Part shown: piece after piece, positions 28,901 through 36,872 of the stretch
Layout of the letters: the number at the start of each line of letters is the position of its first letter
Numbering within the stretch: position 1 is the stretch's first letter
IMG/VR virus record: IMGVR_UViG_3300044731_001110
Location: 5,147 to 69,146 of that record
Origin: a virus
Direction: 5' to 3' (one strand)
DNA length: 64,000 bases
Translations under genes and position numbers: made by a program
The notes under the pieces: generated by a model
The model's input: the letters and a program-made list of their open reading frames with translations, nothing else
Database searches by the model: none
Told to the model about the DNA's origin: nothing

Positions 28901-30858
28901 GAAATTTAGCATTAGGTGATTATTCTGTAATTGGTGGTGGTAATCAAAACACATCTCAAAATGATTTTGCGGCAGTTTTTGCTGGTTCTGGTAACACTTC
29001 GTCAGGTTATTATAGCATTATTGGTGGTGGAATAAGAAATACAAATACAAACGATCTTGGTTTTCTTGGTGGTGGTTTTTGTAATACATCAAGTGGTTAT
29101 GATGGAGTACTTGGTGGTGGTGGATGTAATACATTAAATAATTTACTTGGTGGTGTAATTGCCGGTGGTAGATTAAATACTGTTGTTGGTATATTCACAA
29201 ACACAATTGGGGGTGGTTTTGGAAATAACGTATCTACATTTGGTGCTGCAACAATTAGCGGTGGATATTTTAATACAACAAATAGTGACTACTCAACAAT
29301 AGGTGGTGGTTCATCAAATACTATAGATTCAATAACAACACAATCTGGCTATTATGTTCTTGGGTCAACAATAGGTGGGGGTTCTTTTAATACAATTTCA
29401 TCATATAGTTCATATTACGATTCTAATGGTAACACAATTGCCGGAGGAAATGGTAATACAACAGTATCATCTTATTATAATGGACAAACAATTGGTGGAG
29501 GTAGTAGGAACATTACATTTAATGATTATACAACAGTTAGTGGTGGTTTTAACAATACATCAAGTGGTTGTTTTTCAACCGTAAGTGGTGGTCGTCAAAA
29601 TACAGCAAGTTGTAATTATTCAAATGTAAGTGGTGGTCGTCAAAATACATCAAGTGGATATCTTTCAACCGTAAGTGGTGGTCGTTTAAACATATCAAGT
29701 GATAATTCTTCAACCGTAAGTGGTGGTTATTGTAACACATCAAGTAATTTGTATTCAACAGTAAGTGGGGGACGTAGAAACACATCAAGTGGTCAATATT
29801 CAACAATAAGTGGTGGGTACCGTAACCTATCATTAAATGATGGATCATTTATAGGTGGTGGTTTTTGTAACACATCAAGTGGTCAATATTCAACAATAAG
29901 TGGTGGTTATTATAACACCGCTAACGGTAATAATTCATTAGTTTCAGGAGGATTTTCAAATATAATACTTACATCAACAATTTCTAATTATATTAATTAC
30001 GGATCGGTAATTGCTGGTGGTAATAATAACTTTATTACTTGTATGGACACAAATAGCGCATATTGTATATATGGTCAAACTATTGGTGGTGGTTCTTTTA
30101 ATACAATATCTAATTATTATGTGGGTGGAACTAATAATATAAACTCTAGCACTATTGCGGGTGGTAATTGTAATTTGATTAATAGTGGTATTGGTGGTAA
30201 TGTTATTAGTGGAGGTATTAATAACACATCAAGTGGTCAATATTCAACCGTAAGTGGTGGTTTTTGTAACACGTCAAGTGGTTCTAATTCAACCGTAAGT
30301 GGTGGTGGTGAAAACACATCAAGTGGTGGTGATTCAACTATTGGAGGTGGTCGTAATAACATAACATTGTGTAATTTCGCAACTGTAAGTGGTGGTTATC
30401 GTAACACATCAAATAGTTGTTGTGGTTCAGTTGGAGGAGGTTCTTGGAACACAATTAGTGGTGCTAGATCCGTTATTGCTGGAGGTGGGGGTTCTTGTGC
30501 CGCATTAGGAAATAGAGCAATATGTGATTTTACCTCAGTACTCGGTGGTTCCGCAAATTTAGCTTGTTGTTCTTATGCTACTGTCGGTGGTGGTTTTTGT
30601 AACACATCAATTGGGACTCGTTCAACCGTAAGTGGTGGATATCGTAACACAGTAATAAATGGTTGTTCTGCAATACTTGGGGGTCAATGTAATACAACCC
30701 AACACGATTGTTCATTTATAGTTGGTAGTGGAATATGTAGTACTGCCGCAAACACAACTCACGTAAACTGTCTACACTTTAGTAATATACCAACAAGTTC
30801 AGCAGGTCTTGCACCAGGAACAGTATGGAATAATGGTGGTGTACTAAACATAGCATAA
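25909..30858 (+). CDS. Tail fibre/adhesin-like repeat protein (1649 aa) with STVSGG repeats and four inserted GSGY-type domains
   Basis: Translated repeats; shares modules with 6816 and 16343. Confidence 0.7.
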   Translation: MATLTGKTIGELTLLTGITNNTLFPVEYNLTTYHIPYSGISNFLTGGTYSNGSITFTNNQGSSFVVSGLYTGSTDFYVTGGTYSNGTITLDRQNGSVSITGLYTGSTDVFVTGGTYDNTTGTLTLEDNNGTSFGVTGFTTGGTGTSLYEVGSGTDSTQRVGVNSAALGNISIIAGGSGNTASGYVSVISGGILNTSLGDCSVIGGGSCNTSGINGIVDSIYNQTFTGNIPSSGFYGSFSPSSTLSGLGTGSTFSFYFSSPTTLSNVYIGNQGSGYVSGDTLTFNGTIFGGAVPQDNVTLQITTTNGGSNIVVGGGCRNTANRNSSTISGGILNKSNANCSTIGGGCCNIITKDSCYSTISGGRRNTGYGCYGVISGGRCNEAGAYGTITGTYNQVYTGGTLNGTFSGGYGPTSTTSVYGDDALFGFVFNSGTLSSVKIVNGGNLYSGNDTLFFNGNIFPGGTTGIDDVTFQVSTSINNYATVAGGCCNTASGEYSTISGGYENTVSGDYSTIGGGSCNTINTNSCYSTIGGGDDNTILQGDVATISGGENNTISGDYSFIGGGYDNIITSSCATISGGFNNTASGYNSFIGGGENNVSGRNNFVDGINSSVYTGGTLNNTYGGISPTSTSSGTGSGALFSFDFVLGVLQTIQIQNGGSGYSNGETLYFNGGLFGGGSSPLDDVWLNINTNNSTHTTISGGRQNTSSNFYSTVSGGRQNTASGNSSTVSGGLENTASCFGSTVSGGVLNTSSNNYSTISGGFRNTSSGYNSTVSGGYRNTSSNYFSTVSGGRNNVSENQFDTIGGGCCNTTILSGGATGAATISGGECNTSGNYYTFNGGGCRNVTLGEFSTIGGGLGNTNYGGFVTSISFNSGSLSGITDNTYTVNPTSLVGYGSNLQFSFDVSGGVVSNIIIINPGVRYEQGEQVLVSGNTIGGSSPANDLTFNLDDVVTSEFSFIGGGGCNTSIGFASSILGGLSNTASGDYSTVGGGGSSSGYNGNLALGDYSVIGGGNQNTSQNDFAAVFAGSGNTSSGYYSIIGGGIRNTNTNDLGFLGGGFCNTSSGYDGVLGGGGCNTLNNLLGGVIAGGRLNTVVGIFTNTIGGGFGNNVSTFGAATISGGYFNTTNSDYSTIGGGSSNTIDSITTQSGYYVLGSTIGGGSFNTISSYSSYYDSNGNTIAGGNGNTTVSSYYNGQTIGGGSRNITFNDYTTVSGGFNNTSSGCFSTVSGGRQNTASCNYSNVSGGRQNTSSGYLSTVSGGRLNISSDNSSTVSGGYCNTSSNLYSTVSGGRRNTSSGQYSTISGGYRNLSLNDGSFIGGGFCNTSSGQYSTISGGYYNTANGNNSLVSGGFSNIILTSTISNYINYGSVIAGGNNNFITCMDTNSAYCIYGQTIGGGSFNTISNYYVGGTNNINSSTIAGGNCNLINSGIGGNVISGGINNTSSGQYSTVSGGFCNTSSGSNSTVSGGGENTSSGGDSTIGGGRNNITLCNFATVSGGYRNTSNSCCGSVGGGSWNTISGARSVIAGGGGSCAALGNRAICDFTSVLGGSANLACCSYATVGGGFCNTSIGTRSTVSGGYRNTVINGCSAILGGQCNTTQHDCSFIVGSGICSTAANTTHVNCLHFSNIPTSSAGLAPGTVWNNGGVLNIA

Positions 30859-30875
30859 AATTAAATAAATTTAAA

Positions 30876-31397
30876 ATGAAAAAAGTATTTAAAGATTTTT
30901 TAAACAAATATTATAAAGAAAGTTTAGTCAGAAAAAAAGATAAAAATCAAAAAGATTTTGGGTCAAAAGTTAATGATTGTATAGTACAAGTCTACAATAA
31001 ACATTCTGATAAACAAATAACAAGTAAAGACGTTATTTTACCGTCAGGTTGTTACTCAATGATGTTAGAAACTGAAGATGAAAATGTATTTACAAAATGT
31101 TTGTCTGTTTTACCAAATGTGAACGATATAATTGTGAGTCAAATTAAATCTTGTATAAAAGGTCAAAACGTTACTTGTATTAATGGTGTTGGTTTCACAA
31201 TAGAAAAAGCAGGTGATATGACATATACGGATTGTTGTGGTCAAACTAATACAAATTTTTACAATGAAAATAAATATTTTCTTGATATTTGTATAAAGAG
31301 TGATTCACTTTTACCTTATGATAAAAAAGGTAGACCGGCTAGCATTGTTAATATAGAATATGGTAACCAAAAATGTATTTGTAATAGTAAACAATAA
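30876..31397 (+). CDS. Cys-rich hypothetical protein
   Basis: 173-aa ORF directly after the fibre gene with an A-rich leader. Confidence 0.6.
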   Translation: MKKVFKDFLNKYYKESLVRKKDKNQKDFGSKVNDCIVQVYNKHSDKQITSKDVILPSGCYSMMLETEDENVFTKCLSVLPNVNDIIVSQIKSCIKGQNVTCINGVGFTIEKAGDMTYTDCCGQTNTNFYNENKYFLDICIKSDSLLPYDKKGRPASIVNIEYGNQKCICNSKQ

Positions 31398-31416
31398 ATC
31401 AAAAATAAAAACAAAA

Positions 31417-31599
31417 ATGGAAATTAAATTATTATTTAAGTATGAAGAACCAAAAACAATTGGTGAACACAAGGTAATTGCAATCAGACAAGTACCAAGA
31501 GGAATTAGATTTAGAACTGAAAATGGACCAGTCCTTAAAGAAGTTGCATTTAAAGAAACTTGGACCGAAGAAGAATTGCACGCATTATTATTAAATTAA
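31417..31599 (+). CDS. Small hypothetical protein
   Basis: ATG at 31417 after an A-rich leader, in frame with track ORF 31360. Confidence 0.55.
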   Translation: MEIKLLFKYEEPKTIGEHKVIAIRQVPRGIRFRTENGPVLKEVAFKETWTEEELHALLLN

Positions 31600-31605
31600 T
31601 AAATT

Positions 31606-31640
31606 AAAGCCCTCCCCAAAATAAAGGAGGGTTTTTTATT
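31606..31640 (+). terminator. Intrinsic terminator closing the fibre region
   Basis: AAAGCCCTCC-loop-GGAGGGTTTTTTATT. Confidence 0.8.
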
Positions 31641-31671
31641 TGACATTAGTTGGTTAAATCAATATATTTAT
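31640..31671 (+). promoter_or_regulatory. sigma70-like promoter for DNA polymerase, overlapping a TATTTAT motif
   Basis: TTGACA (31640-45), 17-bp spacer, TATATT (31663-68); TATTTAT at 31665-71. Confidence 0.6.
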
Positions 31672-31732
31672 TTAGGTAAGGTAAATTTCGTAAACTACGA
31701 AAGCAAATAAACCACTCAAAAAAAATATATTT

Positions 31733-34525
31733 ATGATTACAGCAGAGGAAATTAAATCCTTTCTGGAAGGGAATGATCCAGAAGAACACATTGTGGCGAT
31801 AGAATTTGACTATCAAAAAGACCACATTTATAAAATCAAAGAAGTACCGGGAAAAGGAAAATCAATCGTTAGGGATAGTCTAATTGCATTTGCGTGGGTT
31901 GGTGACCTACGTGGTCTTAATTTTTATCAAGGATCAAAAGCTTTACAAAAAGAAGCGATGTCTAAATACGGTATCGTAATTGAAAAATTAAGAACAGATG
32001 GTAATGAACAGTTAGAGAACGGATTAACGTTTCTTGTTAAATCGTTAAAAGGGTATAGAGCTCTTTCACAATTTTTCCGTGACGGTGGTATTGATCCTTG
32101 GGGTGAAAAAGCAAAAGACAAGTTTTTAATGTTAACCCCAACAGAACAATTTCTAATATCAAAAGAAAAAAGATTATTTAAAGGATTTGATGAATACAAT
32201 GATATTACAAGACTTGTATTTGACCTTGAGACGACCTCTTTAGAACCAAAGGATGGTCGTATCTTTATGATTGGAATTAAAACAAATAAAGGTTACAGAA
32301 AAGTAATTGAGTGTTCAAACGAAGATGAAGAAAGACGGGGTCTTGTTGAGTTCTTTAAAATTATAGACGAGATAAAACCTTCAATTGTTTCCGGGTACAA
32401 TTCAGCAAACTTTGACTGGTATTGGATTTACGAAAGATGTAAGATGTTAAATCTTGACATTAAAAAAATTGCAAAGTCACTTCACGGAGAAAGGTCAATA
32501 ACACAAAAAGATTCAATGTTAAAACTTGGTAATGAGGTTGAGAAATTCACTCAAACACAAATGTGGGGATATAACATTATTGATATTATACATTCAGTTC
32601 GTAGGGCTCAAGCAATTAATTCATCAATAAAAGAAGCGGGTCTTAAATACATTACAAAATTTATTGATGCTGAAGCTGATGACCGGGTGTATATTGATCA
32701 CGACAAAATTGGGTCAATGTATAGAGAAAAGAATTTATATTGGTTAAATATTGAAAATGGTAAATATAAAAAGGTCGGTGTTGATGAAAAAATAGATGAG
32801 ATATGTTCAAGAAGAACTGATATCTATATTCAAACAACTGGTGATGACATTGTAGAGCGTTATCTTGACGATGACTTAGAAGAAACCCTACTTGTTGACG
32901 AAGAGTTCAACCAAGGTTCATTTCTTCTTGCATCACTCCTTCCAACGACATACGAAAGAGTCTCAACAATGGGAACCGCAACAATCTGGAAACTTGTAAT
33001 GCTTGCTTGGTCCTATAAGAATGGTCTTGCAATTCCTGCTAAAAAAGAAAAAAGAGGTTTTGTTGGGGGGTTGTCAAGATTGTTGAGGGTTGGGTATTCT
33101 AAAAACATTTTAAAACTGGATTATTCGTCACTTTATCCTTCTATTCAGTTGGTTCATAATGTATTCCCAGAATCGGATATAACAGGTGTTATGAAGGGTC
33201 TATTATCCTATTTTAGGAATACCCGAATTATGTATAAAAATTTGGCTGAAGAATACAGTAAAGTTGACCCAAAAAAATCAAAATCTTTTGATACTAAGCA
33301 GTTACCAATTAAGATATTCATAAATTCACTTTTTGGTGCTTTATCCGCACCACAGGTTTTTCCTTGGGGAGATATGGATAAAGGGGAAATGATTACCAGT
33401 ACTGGTAGACAATATTTACGAATGATGATAAATTTTTTTGGTGAAAGAGGATATTCTGCGACCGTGATGGATACAGATGGGGTTAATTTTTCAGTTCCGG
33501 ATGGTGTTGAAAATAGAAGATACATTGGTAAAGGTTTAAATTGGAAAGTAAAAAAAGGTAAAGAGTATTTTGGTGAGGAGGCAGATGTTATGGAATTTAA
33601 TGATTTAGCAATGAAAGGTGAAATGGCTCTTGATACGGATGGTCAATGGCCAGCATGTATTAACCTTGCTCGTAAAAATTATGCGTTAATAACAGAAAAA
33701 GGTAAAATTAAATTAACAGGTAATTCAATTAAATCTAAAAAAATGCCAAAATATATTGAGTTATTTTTAGATAAAGCAATTAAATTACTTCTTAATGGTG
33801 ATGGACAGGGTTTTGTTGAGTGGTATTATGAATATCTACAAAGAATATTTGACCAAAAAATCCCCCTTATTGATATAGCAAACAAAGCAAAGGTTAAACA
33901 AACAATTGATGACTATATTAAACGAAGTAAGACAACAACAAAGGCTGGTTCTTTAATGTCAAGACAGGCACATATGGAGCTTGTGATTAAAGAAAATCTA
34001 AATGTTAGTCTTGGTGATGTTATTTACTATGTGAATAATGGAACAAAAGCGTCTCACGGTGATGTTCAAAAAGTTAATAAACCAAAAAAAGGGTGGAATG
34101 AAGAACAATTAAACACCTTCTTTTCAAATACAAAAATAAATCCGGATACAATAGAATCTGTAATCCAACTTAATTGTTATAGAATTGACCCACAAGAATT
34201 AGAAAGTAACCCAGGATTAACCGGTGAATATAATATCCAAAGAGCAATTACTACTTTTAATAAAAGGGTGGAACCGTTACTTGTTTGTTTCAAAGAAGAG
34301 GTTAGAGATGGACTACTTGTCAAAAACCCAGAAGAAAGGCCTTTATTCACTAAAGATCAGTGTGAACTAATAAATGGTGTTCCGTTTGAGGAGGAGGATC
34401 AAGATAAATTAGAAGATGTTATGACAATATCCGATGAAGAATTAAAATTTTGGGAAAGTATTAATACATCACCTTACCATATGTATGAGGGTATTGATCC
34501 ATATATGCAAAAATTTATTTCATAA
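31733..34525 (+). CDS. polB: Family B DNA polymerase with 3'-5' exonuclease
   Basis: FDLET (ExoI), GYNSANFD (ExoII), DYSSLYPS (motif A), KIFINSLFG (motif B), DTDG (motif C), KNYA. Confidence 0.93.
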   Translation: MITAEEIKSFLEGNDPEEHIVAIEFDYQKDHIYKIKEVPGKGKSIVRDSLIAFAWVGDLRGLNFYQGSKALQKEAMSKYGIVIEKLRTDGNEQLENGLTFLVKSLKGYRALSQFFRDGGIDPWGEKAKDKFLMLTPTEQFLISKEKRLFKGFDEYNDITRLVFDLETTSLEPKDGRIFMIGIKTNKGYRKVIECSNEDEERRGLVEFFKIIDEIKPSIVSGYNSANFDWYWIYERCKMLNLDIKKIAKSLHGERSITQKDSMLKLGNEVEKFTQTQMWGYNIIDIIHSVRRAQAINSSIKEAGLKYITKFIDAEADDRVYIDHDKIGSMYREKNLYWLNIENGKYKKVGVDEKIDEICSRRTDIYIQTTGDDIVERYLDDDLEETLLVDEEFNQGSFLLASLLPTTYERVSTMGTATIWKLVMLAWSYKNGLAIPAKKEKRGFVGGLSRLLRVGYSKNILKLDYSSLYPSIQLVHNVFPESDITGVMKGLLSYFRNTRIMYKNLAEEYSKVDPKKSKSFDTKQLPIKIFINSLFGALSAPQVFPWGDMDKGEMITSTGRQYLRMMINFFGERGYSATVMDTDGVNFSVPDGVENRRYIGKGLNWKVKKGKEYFGEEADVMEFNDLAMKGEMALDTDGQWPACINLARKNYALITEKGKIKLTGNSIKSKKMPKYIELFLDKAIKLLLNGDGQGFVEWYYEYLQRIFDQKIPLIDIANKAKVKQTIDDYIKRSKTTTKAGSLMSRQAHMELVIKENLNVSLGDVIYYVNNGTKASHGDVQKVNKPKKGWNEEQLNTFFSNTKINPDTIESVIQLNCYRIDPQELESNPGLTGEYNIQRAITTFNKRVEPLLVCFKEEVRDGLLVKNPEERPLFTKDQCELINGVPFEEEDQDKLEDVMTISDEELKFWESINTSPYHMYEGIDPYMQKFIS

Positions 34526-34572
34526 CTTTTTAATAAAAGTGAAACTTTAATAAACTAATAGATATTTATATT

Positions 34573-34728
34573 ATGGGGAGACCAAAGATTAAACAAGAGG
34601 ATAAGAAAATAAAATTTGGTATAAGTTTAGATCCTAAATTATACCAAAAAATAAAAGAAGATGGTCATAAAGTCTCCACATTACTTGAAAAATTAGTTAG
34701 GGAGTATTATGGAAACAAAGATTTGTAG
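34573..34728 (+). CDS. 51-aa ribbon-helix-helix-like DNA-binding protein, missing from the ORF track
   Basis: Hand translation MGRPKIKQEDKKIKFGISLDPKLYQKIKEDGHKVSTLLEKLVREYYGNKDL*; TATTTAT at 34563-69. Confidence 0.7.
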   Translation: MGRPKIKQEDKKIKFGISLDPKLYQKIKEDGHKVSTLLEKLVREYYGNKDL

Positions 34729-35359
34729 TAAATGTAAAGAAGAAAAAGAATTATGTTTTTTTGGTGTTGACAAAAAAAGAAATGATGGTTTAAGATTACA
34801 TTGTAATGATTGTAGGAAAATAGAAAGTCTTGAATACAGAAAAAGAAATCCGGAGAAAAGAAAAGAAACCATAAAAAAATATTATGAAAATAATAAAGAA
34901 AAAACAAAAGAAAAAGATAAAGTTAGGTTTTTAGAAAATCCAGAAAAAATTAGGGCTATTAAATTAAAATCTTATCATAAAAATAAAACTAAAGATGAAC
35001 AAATTGATAGAAGGAGGAAGTATCGTAAGTACAAACGGAAAACCGACGAAAAATATAAATTGGCTGATACTATTAGAAGTAGAATAAAATTTTACTTACA
35101 AAGGAACAATATAACAAAAAAAAATAAAACTTTTGACATTGTCGGTTGTTCACCGGAATTTTTAAAAGAACATATAGAAAAACAATTTAAAGACGGAATG
35201 ACCTGGGAAAATTATGGTTTTTATGGGTGGCACATTGATCATATAATACCATTATCTTCCGCTAAAACCGATGAAGAATTATATAAGTTGTGCCACTATT
35301 CAAACCTACAACCATTGTGGGCTAATGAAAATTTAAGTAAAGGTTCTAAAATCTTATGA
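34709..35359 (+). CDS. HNH endonuclease (probable homing endonuclease) with N-terminal Zn ribbon
   Basis: KICSKC...CNDC; WHIDHIIPL...HYSNLQPLWANENLSK. Confidence 0.85.
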   Translation: METKICSKCKEEKELCFFGVDKKRNDGLRLHCNDCRKIESLEYRKRNPEKRKETIKKYYENNKEKTKEKDKVRFLENPEKIRAIKLKSYHKNKTKDEQIDRRRKYRKYKRKTDEKYKLADTIRSRIKFYLQRNNITKKNKTFDIVGCSPEFLKEHIEKQFKDGMTWENYGFYGWHIDHIIPLSSAKTDEELYKLCHYSNLQPLWANENLSKGSKIL

Positions 35360-35725
35360 CATTTTAATACCGTCGGATGAGACGATATACCAATTACCCT
35401 CAACAAATTTAAACTTAACACAAGCTCCTTTTTCTAAAAGGAGCTCATCCCACTCTTCATCTATTAACCCAACATCAGACTTAACTAAAGTTTTTGTAAG
35501 AGATTTTACTGTAATTTTTTTTACAATAGTAGAATTTAAAGTAACTTCTGAATAATCAACGTCTTTAACAATTAAGAATGTCTCATCATTAGTTGTATAA
35601 ACTGGTTCGGAAATTACCTTATGAATTTCTTTTGGTTTCTCAATGGTAATCTTTGGTTCAACAACGGCTTGTGTTTGATATCGAACTATATTTTTTCTCG
35701 GTGTTATATTTTCTACCCTTATCAT
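35354..35725 (-). CDS. Hypothetical protein, possibly structural
   Basis: 123-aa ORF coupled to the neck gene by overlapping stop/start. Confidence 0.65.
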   Translation of the reverse strand: MIRVENITPRKNIVRYQTQAVVEPKITIEKPKEIHKVISEPVYTTNDETFLIVKDVDYSEVTLNSTIVKKITVKSLTKTLVKSDVGLIDEEWDELLLEKGACVKFKFVEGNWYIVSSDGIKMS

Positions 35726-36852
35726 ATTACATAAATTTGTCTAGGCATAGCCCTAAACTTTAATTGTTTATTTAAGTTTTCTGCTAATAAAGCTTCCCTT
35801 TCCATAACCTTTTCTGGTTTTAACCTAGTGAGTCTACCTTCGGCACCAATAAGCTCGTCAATTAGTTTTGTCTTCTCATCTTTAGCTTCAGTTGCAAGTG
35901 ATGTGTAATCCATTGTAAGATCACCACCTTCACCAGTTTTTAAATTACCACTAAATTTACCACGAACTCTTGATAGTGTTTCTTTACAATATGCAATAAA
36001 CCACCTTCTAACCCAAACTTGTGCTGGATTATTTAAATCTAACCAACTCATCTTATCAAATGGAACATCTGATGGTAATTTTATAATATCCGGATTATTT
36101 GCTAAACATTTATCTCTATCTCCAGGACCAACATCATAGTACCAATACCAAACTTTACCTTTTGTTAAACTTGCATTACCCCAGTCAAATTTACCACCTG
36201 GTGTGTTCATTAAATGAATTGCTTTTTTACCATCAGGTAGTGCGGTAATTCTATATGTTAAATCACCAACAATAATTCTTCTTTGGATATTAATTTCTTG
36301 CATTCTAAGTAACATATCAAAAGCCGGCATCATAAAATAACTACCACCCATACTACCCATTTGAGCAAGTCCACCTCCACCACCTAGACCACCACCTAGT
36401 CCTAAAGCACCAAAAGACCAAGGGTCAAACATAGTATTATTTAAAGTTGGTGGTGTAAACCAAAGTAATTCATTAATTTCTCTATTTGCTGGAATTTCAT
36501 ATATTTGTTGGTTTGGTACCAACTGAATATAGTCTTTTTTTAATTCCCATTCACCACCAGCTTGTAAACCTACAATTTTTGAATAGGCATAAGTATATCT
36601 TGTTTCATAATCTAAACTTCTTGTTGTAAAAGCTTTTGTTAATGATTGAGTATCTAAATTTAGATTATTAAGTGCTGTCCATTGAGATTCAATTAACCAA
36701 TCTTGTACATATTGTGAATACTCGTCAATTGAAAATTCAAGTAATGTGTCCATTTGTTCGTCTTCTAATTCGACAGAACGTAATGGTGCACCAAGTAAAT
36801 GTCTTACTTTTGTGTATAATTTACTTCTTTCTGGTTCGTCAATAATTGCCAT
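35722..36852 (-). CDS. Neck/head-completion protein (T4 gp13-like)
   Basis: LGAPLRSVELEDEQ N-terminal motif and WVRRWFIAYCKETLSRVRGKF C-terminal motif. Confidence 0.7.
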   Translation of the reverse strand: MAIIDEPERSKLYTKVRHLLGAPLRSVELEDEQMDTLLEFSIDEYSQYVQDWLIESQWTALNNLNLDTQSLTKAFTTRSLDYETRYTYAYSKIVGLQAGGEWELKKDYIQLVPNQQIYEIPANREINELLWFTPPTLNNTMFDPWSFGALGLGGGLGGGGGLAQMGSMGGSYFMMPAFDMLLRMQEINIQRRIIVGDLTYRITALPDGKKAIHLMNTPGGKFDWGNASLTKGKVWYWYYDVGPGDRDKCLANNPDIIKLPSDVPFDKMSWLDLNNPAQVWVRRWFIAYCKETLSRVRGKFSGNLKTGEGGDLTMDYTSLATEAKDEKTKLIDELIGAEGRLTRLKPEKVMEREALLAENLNKQLKFRAMPRQIYVI

Positions 36853-36872
36853 ATTGTTTTTTTATATAAATA

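Noticed and set aside
4773-29848. His-rich minus-strand ORFs and Val-rich alternative-frame ORFs within the fibre genes
   Set aside because: By-products of GGT GGT repeats read in other frames; no independent start signals
31733-34525. Intein or intron in DNA polymerase
   Set aside because: All motifs lie in one continuous ORF of ordinary length; no intein splice-junction or LAGLIDADG motifs seen
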